From Candidatus Thorarchaeota archaeon (lineage in GTDB: Archaea; Asgardarchaeota; Thorarchaeia; Thorarchaeales; Thorarchaeaceae), in contig DXJO01000056.1 of assembly GCA_019057475.1 (NCBI GenBank), positions 1-50,902 of the forward strand: a stretch of DNA of 50,902 bases, written 5' to 3'. The translations under genes were made by a program, and so were the position numbers. The notes beneath the pieces were generated by a model. That model had not been told where the DNA came from. It ran no database searches and saw nothing but the letters and a program-made list of their open reading frames with translations. Each line of letters opens with the position of its first letter. Position 1 is the first letter of the stretch. Of this stretch, positions 37,770 to 48,006 are shown piece by piece.

Positions 37770-37846
37770 ATATCCGGTCCATTCGATGAATAGACGGGTG
37801 AGAAACACCTGTTTCTCTCACAACCCCAAGATGAGGTTAGGTTCAA

Positions 37847-38779
37847 GTGAGATCGATTGGAATTGGTAATGGAATTCATGTTGTTATTGGGGGCTCCTTT
37901 CCATTCTGCAATACTGTTGTAGTCATCAACTCTGAGGAACTCGTAGTAATAGACCCAGGCTGTCCTATCGAAGAGCTGCGCTCCATTCTGAAGAATCATA
38001 ATTTCGAGCTCCGCGACATTGACACAGTCATTCTGACTCATATTCATCCGGATCATATCACGCATACAATGAAATTGCACAGACTCTCAGAGTGCAGAAT
38101 TGCTGCCAACGAGATGACAGCATCCCTCTTCAATGATAAAGAGGAAATGAAGAAGTTCCTTGGGTTCCACAAAGAGCATCCCATCAGACCCCTGTGGGAA
38201 GATCTGGTCAACAGGAGAATGTACGGAGCCCTAGATAATGGAAGAGTAGATGAAGAGCTACGAAACGGCGACAAGTTCGCGGTGGGGAACCTCACTCTCC
38301 GCGTGCTATACGCGCCTGGTCATCTCCCCGACCATATGTGCATTGAGTTTCTCGAGCCCAACCTCATCTTCGCATCAGATATTGACTGCACGAGGTTCGG
38401 CCCATTTTATGGACATGAGAACTCATCCATTTCTGAATTCAGAGAATCGATACGGATGCTGAAGAAGCGTGACTACAAGGGAATGATCAGTGGGCATCTG
38501 CCGGAACCTCTGATTGTTGACCACAGGAATGCTCTTTCCGAATACGAGAAGCATTTCGACAGACGTGAGGAAGCAGTGCTCAAGTCAATAAGAGATGGTG
38601 CGAAGACAATCGAAGAACTTTCTGTCAACCCAATTGTGTATCCACCTCTCTCAGACTTGGTTCTACTTCAATTCGAGAAATGGATGGTCGAACATCACGT
38701 GAGCTCCCTCATGGAAAAAGGGTTGGTGGAAGCAGTGAATGGGAAGCTAACCGCGATGGTCCCAGAACCATCTATTTAG
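37847..38779 (+). CDS. MBL-fold metallo-hydrolase with C-terminal winged helix
   Basis: THIHPDH, PGH, SDID and SGH motifs; the C-terminus HVSSLMEKGLV is wHTH-like. Confidence 0.88.
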   Translation: MRSIGIGNGIHVVIGGSFPFCNTVVVINSEELVVIDPGCPIEELRSILKNHNFELRDIDTVILTHIHPDHITHTMKLHRLSECRIAANEMTASLFNDKEEMKKFLGFHKEHPIRPLWEDLVNRRMYGALDNGRVDEELRNGDKFAVGNLTLRVLYAPGHLPDHMCIEFLEPNLIFASDIDCTRFGPFYGHENSSISEFRESIRMLKKRDYKGMISGHLPEPLIVDHRNALSEYEKHFDRREEAVLKSIRDGAKTIEELSVNPIVYPPLSDLVLLQFEKWMVEHHVSSLMEKGLVEAVNGKLTAMVPEPSI

Positions 38780-38830
38780 GAGTGAATTTGCAGAGAGCGC
38801 CATACATCTACACACCCGCACATTTAATAC

Positions 38831-38848
38831 AGTTAACCATGGTTAACT
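38831..38848. promoter_or_regulatory. Perfect 18-bp palindrome, candidate operator of the YyaL gene
   Basis: AGTTAACCATGGTTAACT lies between TTTAAT (38823-38828) and the GGGAG/ATG at 38867. Confidence 0.6.
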
Positions 38849-38866
38849 AGGGAGTGCGGTCAAAAC

Positions 38867-40954
38867 ATGGCAAAAGCAAACAGACTCGTTAATGAGAGGA
38901 GTCCGTATCTTCTCCAGCACGCTTACAATCCAGTAGACTGGTATCCTTGGGGCAAGGAAGCTTTTGAGAAAGCAGAGAAAGAAGACAGGCCAATTTTCCT
39001 TTCAATCGGATATAGCACCTGTCACTGGTGTCATGTAATGGAGCATGAGTCATTCGAGGACCCGGAAGTTGCACAGTTGATGAATGACGCGTTTGTCAGC
39101 ATAAAGGTCGACAGAGAGGAGAGGCCTGACATCGACAAGATGTACATGCAGGTCGCACAGATGATGACAGGTAGGGGAGGATGGCCTCTCACCATCATCA
39201 TGACTCCGGACAAAGAGCCCTTCTTCGCCGGGACTTACATCCCGAAAGGCGACCGATTCGGACAAGCTGGGATGCTCAGCATGATCCCTCAAATCACTGA
39301 TGTTTGGAAGTCTGACCGTTTACGTGTGGACAAGATATCCGACCAAATCAAGCAATCGCTGTCAATCCCTGAAACATTGGAGCATGCAGAACTCGGACAT
39401 GAAAGCATTGAGCAGATGGTGAGTGCGCAGGCTAACAGATTCGATGAGATAAATGGAGGATTCGGACGCGCTCCCAAGTTTCCCACACCACACAATCTGA
39501 TGCTGCTCCTACGGCATTGGAAGAAGACCGGGGATGAGTTCTCGTTGTTGATGGTCGAGAAGACTCTGCAGAAGATGCGTGACGGAGGTATCTTCGACCA
39601 TGTTGGATACGGATTCCATCGCTATGCAACGGATGCACATTGGTTGTTGCCACACTTCGAGAAGATGTTGTATGATCAGGCTATGCTTGCTCTGGTGTAC
39701 ACTGAAACGTACCAAGCAACAAGAGATGACCAATATGCGAACGTGGTCAAAGAAATACTCACGTACGTCATGCGGGACATGAGAAGTCCTGAGGGTGCAT
39801 TCTACTCTGCGGAGGATGCAGACAGTGAGGGGGAAGAGGGAAAGTTCTACGTCTGGTCGGAGGAGGAAATCAGGAGCCTCCTGACAGACAAGGAAGCCGA
39901 AGCATTCGTGAAGGTTTTCAACATACAAAAAGATGGCAACTTTTACGATGAAGCAACTCGAGAAAAGGCCGGTACAAACATACCACACGTGACTTCGTCA
40001 TTAAGTAACGCGGCTCGTGCCCTCAAGACTAATGAAGAAACCCTCTCAGATCTCCTAGAGAGCGCACGGGAGAAGTTGTTCAACGCAAGGGAGAAACGTG
40101 TTAGACCTCTCAGAGATGACAAGGTGCTTTCCGACTGGAACGGCCTTATGATTGCAGCACTTGCAAAGGCGGCACGGGTTCTTAATGACCCGGAATACGC
40201 TCGGAGTGCAGAGCTTGCCGTTCAGTTCATACTCAAGACCATGCGTAGAGATGATGGCATTTTGATGCATCGATTTAGGGAGAACGAGGTCTCAGTCCCT
40301 GCGTTTCTTGACGACTACGCATTCCTCGTCTGGGGATTGTTGGAGCTGTATGAAACAACATTCGACGTCCAATACCTCAGGACTGCGAGAGACCTCAATC
40401 AAGATATGCTGGATTACTTCTGGGATGAAAAAGACGGCGCTCTGTTCTTTGCGGGGGACTATTCTGAAAAGCTACTTATTCGTCAGAAGGAAGCATACGA
40501 CGGAGCGATCCCCTCTGGCAACTCGATAGCCATGTTGAACCTAATTCGTCTAGCGAGACTCCTTGGAGAAGCTGAGTACGAGCAGAAGGCTTCAGACATA
40601 GCAAAGGCATTCTCAATGCAAGTAGAAAGGAGCCCCACGGGCTTTGGGATGATGCTTCTTGCATTGGATTTTGCTCTAGGACCGTCCTATGAGGTTATCA
40701 TTGCGGGAAATCCAGAAGCAGACGATACTCAAGATATGCTAAGGATGCTGAGGGAGAAATTCATTCCGAACAAGATTGTTCTTCTCAGAGGTGGCAAGGA
40801 GCAGTCACAGCAGATCACGCAGCTAGCTCCATACACCAAGTATTACAACTCTCTCAAGGGCAAAGCAACTGTGCATGTTTGCATCAATCAGAACTGCAAG
40901 CTCCCTACAACAGAAACATCACAGATGATAAAGATTCTAGATGAAGCCGAGTAG
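38867..40954 (+). CDS. YyaL/SPATA20 family thioredoxin-domain protein
   Basis: [38 protein letters not shown] and DDK.L.DWN motifs. Confidence 0.95.
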   Translation: MAKANRLVNERSPYLLQHAYNPVDWYPWGKEAFEKAEKEDRPIFLSIGYSTCHWCHVMEHESFEDPEVAQLMNDAFVSIKVDREERPDIDKMYMQVAQMMTGRGGWPLTIIMTPDKEPFFAGTYIPKGDRFGQAGMLSMIPQITDVWKSDRLRVDKISDQIKQSLSIPETLEHAELGHESIEQMVSAQANRFDEINGGFGRAPKFPTPHNLMLLLRHWKKTGDEFSLLMVEKTLQKMRDGGIFDHVGYGFHRYATDAHWLLPHFEKMLYDQAMLALVYTETYQATRDDQYANVVKEILTYVMRDMRSPEGAFYSAEDADSEGEEGKFYVWSEEEIRSLLTDKEAEAFVKVFNIQKDGNFYDEATREKAGTNIPHVTSSLSNAARALKTNEETLSDLLESAREKLFNAREKRVRPLRDDKVLSDWNGLMIAALAKAARVLNDPEYARSAELAVQFILKTMRRDDGILMHRFRENEVSVPAFLDDYAFLVWGLLELYETTFDVQYLRTARDLNQDMLDYFWDEKDGALFFAGDYSEKLLIRQKEAYDGAIPSGNSIAMLNLIRLARLLGEAEYEQKASDIAKAFSMQVERSPTGFGMMLLALDFALGPSYEVIIAGNPEADDTQDMLRMLREKFIPNKIVLLRGGKEQSQQITQLAPYTKYYNSLKGKATVHVCINQNCKLPTTETSQMIKILDEAE

Positions 40955-41039
40955 CGATGTGTCCCCCCTAGAACCAAGGCATGATCTATCGCCAGTTTCT
41001 GCTCAATGCACTACCGTTCATTGTAAGTTGGACATTCTT

Positions 41040-41107
41040 GGACACAGGAGTGGTGTCCGCCCATAAAACGGCAATGGGCACAACTCCTCGAGATTCGAAA
41101 TCGTGTC
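41040..41107. ncRNA. Candidate structured RNA element of unknown class
   Basis: Nested complementary segments GACAC/GTGTC, AGGAGT/ACTCCT, GCCCAT/ATGGGC and GATT/AATC in a 320-bp intergenic gap. Confidence 0.3.
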
Positions 41108-41277
41108 GGGTCAACCTCAACATTACATTCTTTGCCCGGGTATAAAAGCACCTCCTGAAAATGCCCAAGATTGCACAATTTTATGGTAGCTATTAGTAAC
41201 CCTTATTTCCGGGTTGGAAAGCGTTTCGAAGCAGATTGAACTGGCTTTAATGCTAGAAAGACTGGAGACTCTCATCG

Positions 41278-43446
41278 ATGCTACGCTCGAAATACACTGC
41301 AAGAATCGCGCTAGTCACTTTAGCCATAGCGTTGCTATGCATTCCGGCAACACCCCCAAATCTGGCTCAGCAAACCAATGCTCGCCTCTTTTCGGTTCGT
41401 CCGCTATCGCAAGAAAGCGCACTTCAGATTTATCACAGCGGCGATGTGGAAACAGTTCGCGTCGTTGAATATGACAATCTAGCGCTTGCTCTAGCTGCAC
41501 TTGACAGCGGCGAAGCAGACATCTTCGGTCACGTAGTTGAACCTGAAGACTACGCAGCAGTCGACAGTTACAGCAACGTACAGAAACAATGGGCACACGA
41601 CACCAAAACCTACATGCTCGTGTTGAATGCTGAAGTGTACCCATTGGACAACTCGCACCTTAGAAGAGCCATAGCATTCGCGATTGATAAGAATGAAATC
41701 GTTACGTCAGCAATGGGGGGCATCGTTGACGCGATAGATTTCGCCCTCCCCCTGAACAACGAATTCTCAATTGAACTGACAGAAGGCGGTACATTCTATG
41801 CATCGGACAATGTGAGCGCTGCGGCTGAGCTAGCACTCGCAGGAATGCTGGATGTTGATGAGGATGGAATGGTTGAAGCCCCAAATGGTAATGAAGTGCA
41901 ATTGACTGTTTGGTATCCTCAGGATGTTCCAAGGCTTAACGAAACGGCGTTGATCATTTCTGACAACCTTTTAGCTAGTGGAATCAACAACACTCTTGTT
42001 GGGATGAATTACATAGACCTGCAAAGTGAGATAGAGAATCACAACCAAACGTTCTCCTTGGCATTGTACCATCAAGACTTGCCGCTTTATGGCCTAGATT
42101 GGGCAGCGATGACCTTCCACAGTGACAATCTAGCAGTAGTAGGGGAGAATCCAGCCAACATAGAGGATGCCGCCCTAGACCAGGTTGCAGCCTATTATGA
42201 GGATAACATCTACATCGATGAGGCCCCTGTGATAGGTCTCAATGCGTTGAGAATTGTTAGAGACCTTTGTCCGGTCATCCCGCTCTTCGCAGAGAGGTGG
42301 CTCTCAGTCTACACTGACAGCAATTACCAAGGCTGGATCGATGAGAGGAATGGTGGAGCTTACAGCGTTTGGAATCCGGTAACCCTCAGTCCCAACAGCG
42401 CAGAGGTAGACGAGCTAATTGTAGCTGTTCTTCCGGAGTTCTTTGGCGATTATTTCACCTCACTTAACCCATTCCTGTCAGGTCAGCCAATAGATAGCGA
42501 TTGGCTCTTCAGAAGCCAATTTAATCCGTACATGCTTATCTACGACTCGCCAATCGCCACAACCCCCGACGGAAATGCTGTGCCGAGAGCTTCTACTTCT
42601 TGGACAATGTACTACAGAGGTGTAGTGACAGACCTTCGCAGTAACCAGACTCGTGCAAGGTTCTATTGCGACCCCAATGCAAATTGGAGTGACGGTACAC
42701 AATTGGATGCTCAGGACTACAGGTTCACTTTCGAGTATTACTCCAATAACTCCCTCACCAACTTCACAGGCACAGTGGAAGAATTCAGAGTCACAGGCGA
42801 TTTCATTGTTGGAGTCACGATGAACAGTCGACTCATGTTTGGCTACAGAGAGCTTGGAGCGTTACCGATTCTACCACAGCATATCTGGAACGACAAGGAT
42901 CCTCGTGCATGGGATCCCACCGTTGAGGAATTCCTTGGCTCCGGACCATTTGTGGTTTCATCATTCGTGCAGGGTGCAAATCCGGAACTTGTTCTGGCCA
43001 AGAACTCTGGTTACTATCCTGTTGTAGATATCGAACCTCCGACGCTCCTGAGCCTTGTGCTGATTCCTGAGAACCCGATACCTGCAGAAAGCGTTGTTAT
43101 TCGCACTCACGTTGATGATAGAAGCAAGATCGACAATGTCAATCTTAGCTACATCTACGAAGTTGGAACGATTAACATCACCGATTCAGTGATGACGACA
43201 GAATCCGCATCCGGATATGAAGGGACGATTCCTGCGCGCGTGACAGCTACTCGTGTTATCTACGAGATTGTTGCGACCGATGCATGGGGCAACTCAGCCG
43301 TGATAGCAACGGGTTCATACGCCCGGGAAACCACGAGCGGTAGCGAAACATGGCTAGGAGATGCATTGATGGTAATAGGTATCATCGGTGCGGGAGCGCT
43401 TGTAGTCGTTGCCATCGTGTTTCTGAGGAAAGGGAAACAGAGTTAG
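41278..43446 (+). CDS. ABC peptide/nickel solute-binding protein (family 5), circularly permuted, with Ig-like domain and C-terminal TM
   Basis: Contains LRRAIAFAID, WSDG...DYRFTF, PILPQHIW and GSGPF; signal peptide and C-terminal anchor. Confidence 0.85.
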   Translation: MLRSKYTARIALVTLAIALLCIPATPPNLAQQTNARLFSVRPLSQESALQIYHSGDVETVRVVEYDNLALALAALDSGEADIFGHVVEPEDYAAVDSYSNVQKQWAHDTKTYMLVLNAEVYPLDNSHLRRAIAFAIDKNEIVTSAMGGIVDAIDFALPLNNEFSIELTEGGTFYASDNVSAAAELALAGMLDVDEDGMVEAPNGNEVQLTVWYPQDVPRLNETALIISDNLLASGINNTLVGMNYIDLQSEIENHNQTFSLALYHQDLPLYGLDWAAMTFHSDNLAVVGENPANIEDAALDQVAAYYEDNIYIDEAPVIGLNALRIVRDLCPVIPLFAERWLSVYTDSNYQGWIDERNGGAYSVWNPVTLSPNSAEVDELIVAVLPEFFGDYFTSLNPFLSGQPIDSDWLFRSQFNPYMLIYDSPIATTPDGNAVPRASTSWTMYYRGVVTDLRSNQTRARFYCDPNANWSDGTQLDAQDYRFTFEYYSNNSLTNFTGTVEEFRVTGDFIVGVTMNSRLMFGYRELGALPILPQHIWNDKDPRAWDPTVEEFLGSGPFVVSSFVQGANPELVLAKNSGYYPVVDIEPPTLLSLVLIPENPIPAESVVIRTHVDDRSKIDNVNLSYIYEVGTINITDSVMTTESASGYEGTIPARVTATRVIYEIVATDAWGNSAVIATGSYARETTSGSETWLGDALMVIGIIGAGALVVVAIVFLRKGKQS

Positions 43447-43447
43447 C

Positions 43448-44977
43448 TCACTGAGAAGGCGTCTTTCGAATCCACCATATGATAGCGATGACAAGTGCCA
43501 CGACAGCCACGCCAGCTACTGCAACGATAGGCCCATAGACACTGAAGAAGTCGTTTGGCCATATCTCTGTCAGCGCGTTTCCAGCAGCTTGCCACGAATC
43601 CGCTATGCCTAGCAGAGCCGCTGAGGTGGCATTCAGGTCGGTTCGATAGTGCTCGAGAGCGTCTTCCATATCGCCTGTCGAGTTGTACATATCAGCAATA
43701 TGCCAGAATGTGCCAAATGCAAGAGAATCTCGAAACGTCACATTTCCCGGATTGATCAGGCTGGAGTTGTCTGCCAATGCTTCGAAGTGCGGAAGTGCTT
43801 GCTCACCCGCGGCAGTGAAATCGGTCATGTTAATATCAGGCATCAGGGCTGGAAGTCGTGCCAATGCAGTCCTATAAGACAAGTATTGAAGAGTTGTCTG
43901 GGCTTCCAAACCCAGTCCAATGAAGAGAAGCAGAGATGTCTTGAACTCCCGTTCATTCTGAATGCCATCGAACACAGATATGAATGAACTGAGCCCTTCC
44001 ATGGTCATGTCAGAGCTCATTGCGCGGAATCCTTTCTCGCCAAACTGCCATATGTAGGCGCTTGCTGCGTCCGGACTGTAGCTTGCTCCGACTCCTAGGA
44101 GCCGGTCTCTTATGTGAGGACCCAGCAATGAGCTTGGGTCATCAACAGGACCGTCACCTGGTTTGATCAGTATGCTGATGTAGTATCGCTTAGACCAAGC
44201 CCAATTGAGGGCTGTGTATGTTATATTGTACTCGTAGCGCCCATTATCGGGGTATCCGAAATCCTCGCCAAACGAGCCAACTCCAGGATCCAGAATCATT
44301 GCAATCCCGCTCGTATCATTGTATCCTGTGATGAGGACACCGTGTCCGCCGCCTGTTAATCCCTGATTCCGAAGAATGTCATAATCTTGAGGAGGTAACC
44401 AAGAGGGGTCGACACTAGCAATCAAGGGATAGCCATCATCAATCGATTGCCGCATCAAATCGAAGGCGGCAGTCTGCCCATCTAGAAGTTGTGCATTGAT
44501 TCCCTGAGATGTCCAGAGCTGAGTCTGAAGCTCCGCTCCCGTTAACCCATCGTCCAAGTAAATGCTGAGGTTAAGTCCGTAGAGGTCGGTTGCAAGCTTC
44601 GTGGGTTCAACCTGTTGATAGATTGCTCCTGGGAACATAAGCATCGTATCATTGAACCGGATGTATGCGTACGAGAAACCCACAGTGGAGAGAGCAAACA
44701 AATCGTGCAGTTCTACTGGTGCACCGGCATGCTGCATGGCCATTGCTGTGGCCGCCCAAGCGCAGAAGCCGTTGATCTCTTGCCAGACATAGGGAACTTC
44801 AGATAGAAGTCCATCACCTTCGTAAGCCAGCTGGGAGCTCTGATGCACGCTGGCTGGGCTTGTTGCTAGCGGGTTTGCAGCGATTGGAATGGCCGCAAGG
44901 ACTAGGATTGTCATGAAGATGAGAGCTGAGTATCTCAAGTGAGTGTTCCCAGATGTGAGTTCATTCGATGGCATCAT
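43448..44977 (-). CDS. Surface-anchored papain-like (C39-like) cysteine peptidase
   Basis: VPYVWQEINGFCAWA (Q...C), GHGVLITGY and LDP give a Cys-His-Asp triad; signal peptide and C-terminal TM. Confidence 0.8.
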   Translation of the reverse strand: MMPSNELTSGNTHLRYSALIFMTILVLAAIPIAANPLATSPASVHQSSQLAYEGDGLLSEVPYVWQEINGFCAWAATAMAMQHAGAPVELHDLFALSTVGFSYAYIRFNDTMLMFPGAIYQQVEPTKLATDLYGLNLSIYLDDGLTGAELQTQLWTSQGINAQLLDGQTAAFDLMRQSIDDGYPLIASVDPSWLPPQDYDILRNQGLTGGGHGVLITGYNDTSGIAMILDPGVGSFGEDFGYPDNGRYEYNITYTALNWAWSKRYYISILIKPGDGPVDDPSSLLGPHIRDRLLGVGASYSPDAASAYIWQFGEKGFRAMSSDMTMEGLSSFISVFDGIQNEREFKTSLLLFIGLGLEAQTTLQYLSYRTALARLPALMPDINMTDFTAAGEQALPHFEALADNSSLINPGNVTFRDSLAFGTFWHIADMYNSTGDMEDALEHYRTDLNATSAALLGIADSWQAAGNALTEIWPNDFFSVYGPIVAVAGVAVVALVIAIIWWIRKTPSQ

Positions 44978-45039
44978 AAGGGTGTCGATGGGGGCGGTGA
45001 GGGCACAGGGCTTTGAGCCCCCCACCGGGAATCTTTCCC

Positions 45040-47295
45040 CTACTCATCTGGCCGCTCAACTGTTGAAGCTAGGAGAAATGCTCCTTCAGACCCAGTATTG
45101 ACCACGAAACTGCCTAGCCACGACGGAAGAGGAGGTTCTTCGCCTGCGTCAAGCATGTCCTGCCATGCTTCGTCTGTAAGCCGATCAGTCATTGGCTGAG
45201 CGAATTCGTAGTACGAGAATGTTCCCCCGCGAGTGATAACCACTTGTCCTTCAATGTATACAGCTACATAGATGATCAGTGGGTTGCCAACAGCTTCCTC
45301 AAGTACTGTCATTGTGTTGACGTCAGTATGCACGTCTGCGATGACCGCCATCTTTTCGTCAGCATCGGACATTAGCGGGTCATCTGCTGGTCGTGAGGCT
45401 ATGTAATCCAGCGTATCACCGCTATTCTTTATGATGCTAATCTCGGTTTCGTTCAATGACTGTCCACTAAGCTCTTTAATCGAAATCTCCTGCATGGACC
45501 TGAGAAAATCATGAAGTGCATAAAGTCTGGAACTCGTTGTCCAAGATAAGAGAGACCGTTGCTCTAATCCTGATTTCATCATGGCGCAGAGTGAGGCAAG
45601 GCGAGCATAGAGTCTGGGCATGGGTTCCACATAGCCTATGGGTGGCGGTGGCGGAATGCTTGTTAGCTCCACAGTGTAAGACTGCTTCGCATAGAGTATT
45701 GTGTCATGGCGCAGTTCAGTCCATGAACCAAGCGCAGTCATAAGCTGCTTGTCGACCCAAGCCTCACTCTGCATGAAAGCTGGATATCCCTCTCCAGGGT
45801 CTGTCAGGAGAGGAAGCAGAGAATACAACCATAGGTAGTAGAGATTTTTCGTCCACTCCTGTGCAGAGATGTTATCAGTTACATTCCAGAGCATCTCCAT
45901 CTGCTCGATGTAGTTGATATAGTGCTTCTGATCATCAAGAAGATCCCACGCTCTTTCTGAACCAAGGGCAGCCATAACATCAAGCCCCTTGGGCATCAGA
46001 CGGGGTGTCAACTGCGTTCCAACGTATACGTACACGAGTTGACCAAGGATGTAACTGTCTGGGATAAACCTCTGACCCATGAACCGGAAACCCTTGGTCT
46101 GGTTGAAGTCTTCCGTATCGTCTAGGCGCGATGAGAGTATCAACGGGTCTCTGAACGTAAGGGTTTCTTGAATGAATTCATGAAGAAGCACATCATCGTC
46201 GAGTTCCTGCAATTCGACACCTTCGCCGTAGATTTCAAGAACCAGTGACAGGTACTCTGATGGCAAGAGATCATCAGCTGAACCCACGAAGAATACGGTA
46301 GGTTGGTAAATTGCGTCCCAAATCTCGTATCCGACGGCTCCTCCAGGAAGATTCGATACTTCATCTTCGAGGGCAAGGGACACCAAAATGGCCTGAGCGG
46401 TTTCGTTCAATCCGCGGTTGTTTGGCATTGTGTCACCATCAGGAATCAGGTGAAATGCAACTCGTCCGAACCACATCATGGCCTTGAAGTAGCGTCCCAG
46501 CAAGTCGGTACGAGTGTAATGTCCACGTGGAACATACTGGCTAAAGTCTTCATCATATCCCATGAACCATTGATCTGAGAACCCTTCGTGCGCTTCTATC
46601 AAGGCCAGGACCTGAGCAACAGCATCCCGTACATCTTCGTGAACGGTCGTCTGGTTGTCAAGAAGGCTAAGCGCTACAGAGAAGAATATCACATTTCTCA
46701 GAGCCGCATCCTGCCATCTTCCCTCTGGTGCATCGAGGTACTGAGCATATGATGAATCCACAAGTGATTCCGTCAGATTGCCTAGTAGGCTCCAGAATGA
46801 GTATGTTTCGGCTTCACGAAGTGCAAGGTCGTACAGAACGTGGAATGCGTGCAGAACGGCGTCTGATGAAACAAAGCTTGGCAGGTCGTGGTCGTCATTG
46901 TCCGAGAGAATCTCATGTATCTGCTTGAATTCCGATTGGGGCACAGCCACAAACCCGTTGCTCTCGATGAACTGACAGTCATCCGCAGTCAACGTCGGGA
47001 AGAGACCTAGGTTTGCGATGTTGGTGAGACCTGGAGAAATCGAGTACTGTAGAGCGTTGGGAGTGAACGCCTCATCGTATGGAATGAAGTCCGCGAAGTC
47101 ATTCTCCACAGTTTCGGTAATTGTGAAAACTAGAGCATTCGGGTGCGCGGCTGGACCCGCAGGATTCCAGACACCACCCAGAAAGCTCAGGGTCAATACG
47201 AAACTAGCTGCAAGTAGAGTGGCACCCAGACCACCTGCTAACATCTTGCGCTTTGTCTGACTATCAATAGCACGGATAAGGACGGCAGGATTCAT
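45040..47295 (-). CDS. DUF3160 family protein
   Basis: DFSQYVPRGHYT, YFKAMMW, FMGQRFIPDS, SWTELRHDTILYAKQ, GYVEP and RLTDEAW motifs. Confidence 0.88.
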   Translation of the reverse strand: MNPAVLIRAIDSQTKRKMLAGGLGATLLAASFVLTLSFLGGVWNPAGPAAHPNALVFTITETVENDFADFIPYDEAFTPNALQYSISPGLTNIANLGLFPTLTADDCQFIESNGFVAVPQSEFKQIHEILSDNDDHDLPSFVSSDAVLHAFHVLYDLALREAETYSFWSLLGNLTESLVDSSYAQYLDAPEGRWQDAALRNVIFFSVALSLLDNQTTVHEDVRDAVAQVLALIEAHEGFSDQWFMGYDEDFSQYVPRGHYTRTDLLGRYFKAMMWFGRVAFHLIPDGDTMPNNRGLNETAQAILVSLALEDEVSNLPGGAVGYEIWDAIYQPTVFFVGSADDLLPSEYLSLVLEIYGEGVELQELDDDVLLHEFIQETLTFRDPLILSSRLDDTEDFNQTKGFRFMGQRFIPDSYILGQLVYVYVGTQLTPRLMPKGLDVMAALGSERAWDLLDDQKHYINYIEQMEMLWNVTDNISAQEWTKNLYYLWLYSLLPLLTDPGEGYPAFMQSEAWVDKQLMTALGSWTELRHDTILYAKQSYTVELTSIPPPPPIGYVEPMPRLYARLASLCAMMKSGLEQRSLLSWTTSSRLYALHDFLRSMQEISIKELSGQSLNETEISIIKNSGDTLDYIASRPADDPLMSDADEKMAVIADVHTDVNTMTVLEEAVGNPLIIYVAVYIEGQVVITRGGTFSYYEFAQPMTDRLTDEAWQDMLDAGEEPPLPSWLGSFVVNTGSEGAFLLASTVERPDE

Positions 47296-47474
47296 GCTCT
47301 CTTCATGGAATCATTTGTACTTAGTACCACAGATTAGAACAGCGATTTTCTTGCTGTACAGCGAATAGAACAGCCACCAAACAGGCACTATCTTCGATAT
47401 GGGTCAGTGCATGATGCTCAAAGGACAACAGATTAATCGAGTAAGCGCCTCAGCGATACTCGGTTGGGTATCCA

Positions 47475-47927
47475 ATGGGAGAGAATTCGCTGGAAACTGA
47501 ACTGGAACCGGATTTGCGAGGCAACACTCTTCGTGTGTATTGGTATATGCTTCAGCAGGGTCAGTCCGTCGGCGTGAGAGAGGTTCAGAGGGCGATAGGG
47601 ATGTCGAGCCCTTCAGTGTCAAGCCACCATCTGAACAAGCTCGTTGACATGGACTTGATTGCGAAACAACCGGACAACTCGTATGAACTCAAGAGAGTTG
47701 TCAAAGTGGGTATTCTCCGGAACTTCGTGGCCTACCGCGGTGTTCTTCTACCACGCTATTCATTTGTAGCGCTATTCTTCACTGTCTACACTGTCGCCTA
47801 CATTGCTCTAACGATGGTAACTCCAATAGGGCTCTTTGATAGATACATCGCGATTGCCGTAGGTATCGTGGGGGCGCTATTCGCATGGTTCGAAACCTAC
47901 AGACTGTGGAAGATCAAGCTCACGTGA
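47475..47927 (+). CDS. Membrane-tethered winged-HTH (ArsR-like) regulator
   Basis: LRGNTLRVY...GVREVQRAIGMSSPSVSSHHLNKL HTH, followed by two TMs. Confidence 0.85.
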   Translation: MGENSLETELEPDLRGNTLRVYWYMLQQGQSVGVREVQRAIGMSSPSVSSHHLNKLVDMDLIAKQPDNSYELKRVVKVGILRNFVAYRGVLLPRYSFVALFFTVYTVAYIALTMVTPIGLFDRYIAIAVGIVGALFAWFETYRLWKIKLT

Positions 47928-48006
47928 GTTTCATTGTTGGGCTGAAAGGCAACGTTTATCCAACAGGTACAACGAAAGGGATTCAGACTCTCGGAGCGGC
48001 TTTGGC

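Noticed and set aside
41089-41107. TTCGAA T-loop-like motif suggesting a tRNA or tRNA-Sec
   Set aside because: No proper T-stem, D-arm or anticodon arm on either strand.
40986-41168. 60-aa minus-strand ORF
   Set aside because: No family features; the region is better explained as non-coding.
44990-45024. G/C-run hairpin between the DUF3160 and peptidase genes
   Set aside because: The pairing is low-complexity and not distinguishable from chance.
47928-48006. RiPP precursor peptide next to the radical SAM gene
   Set aside because: No credible short ORF in the gap.
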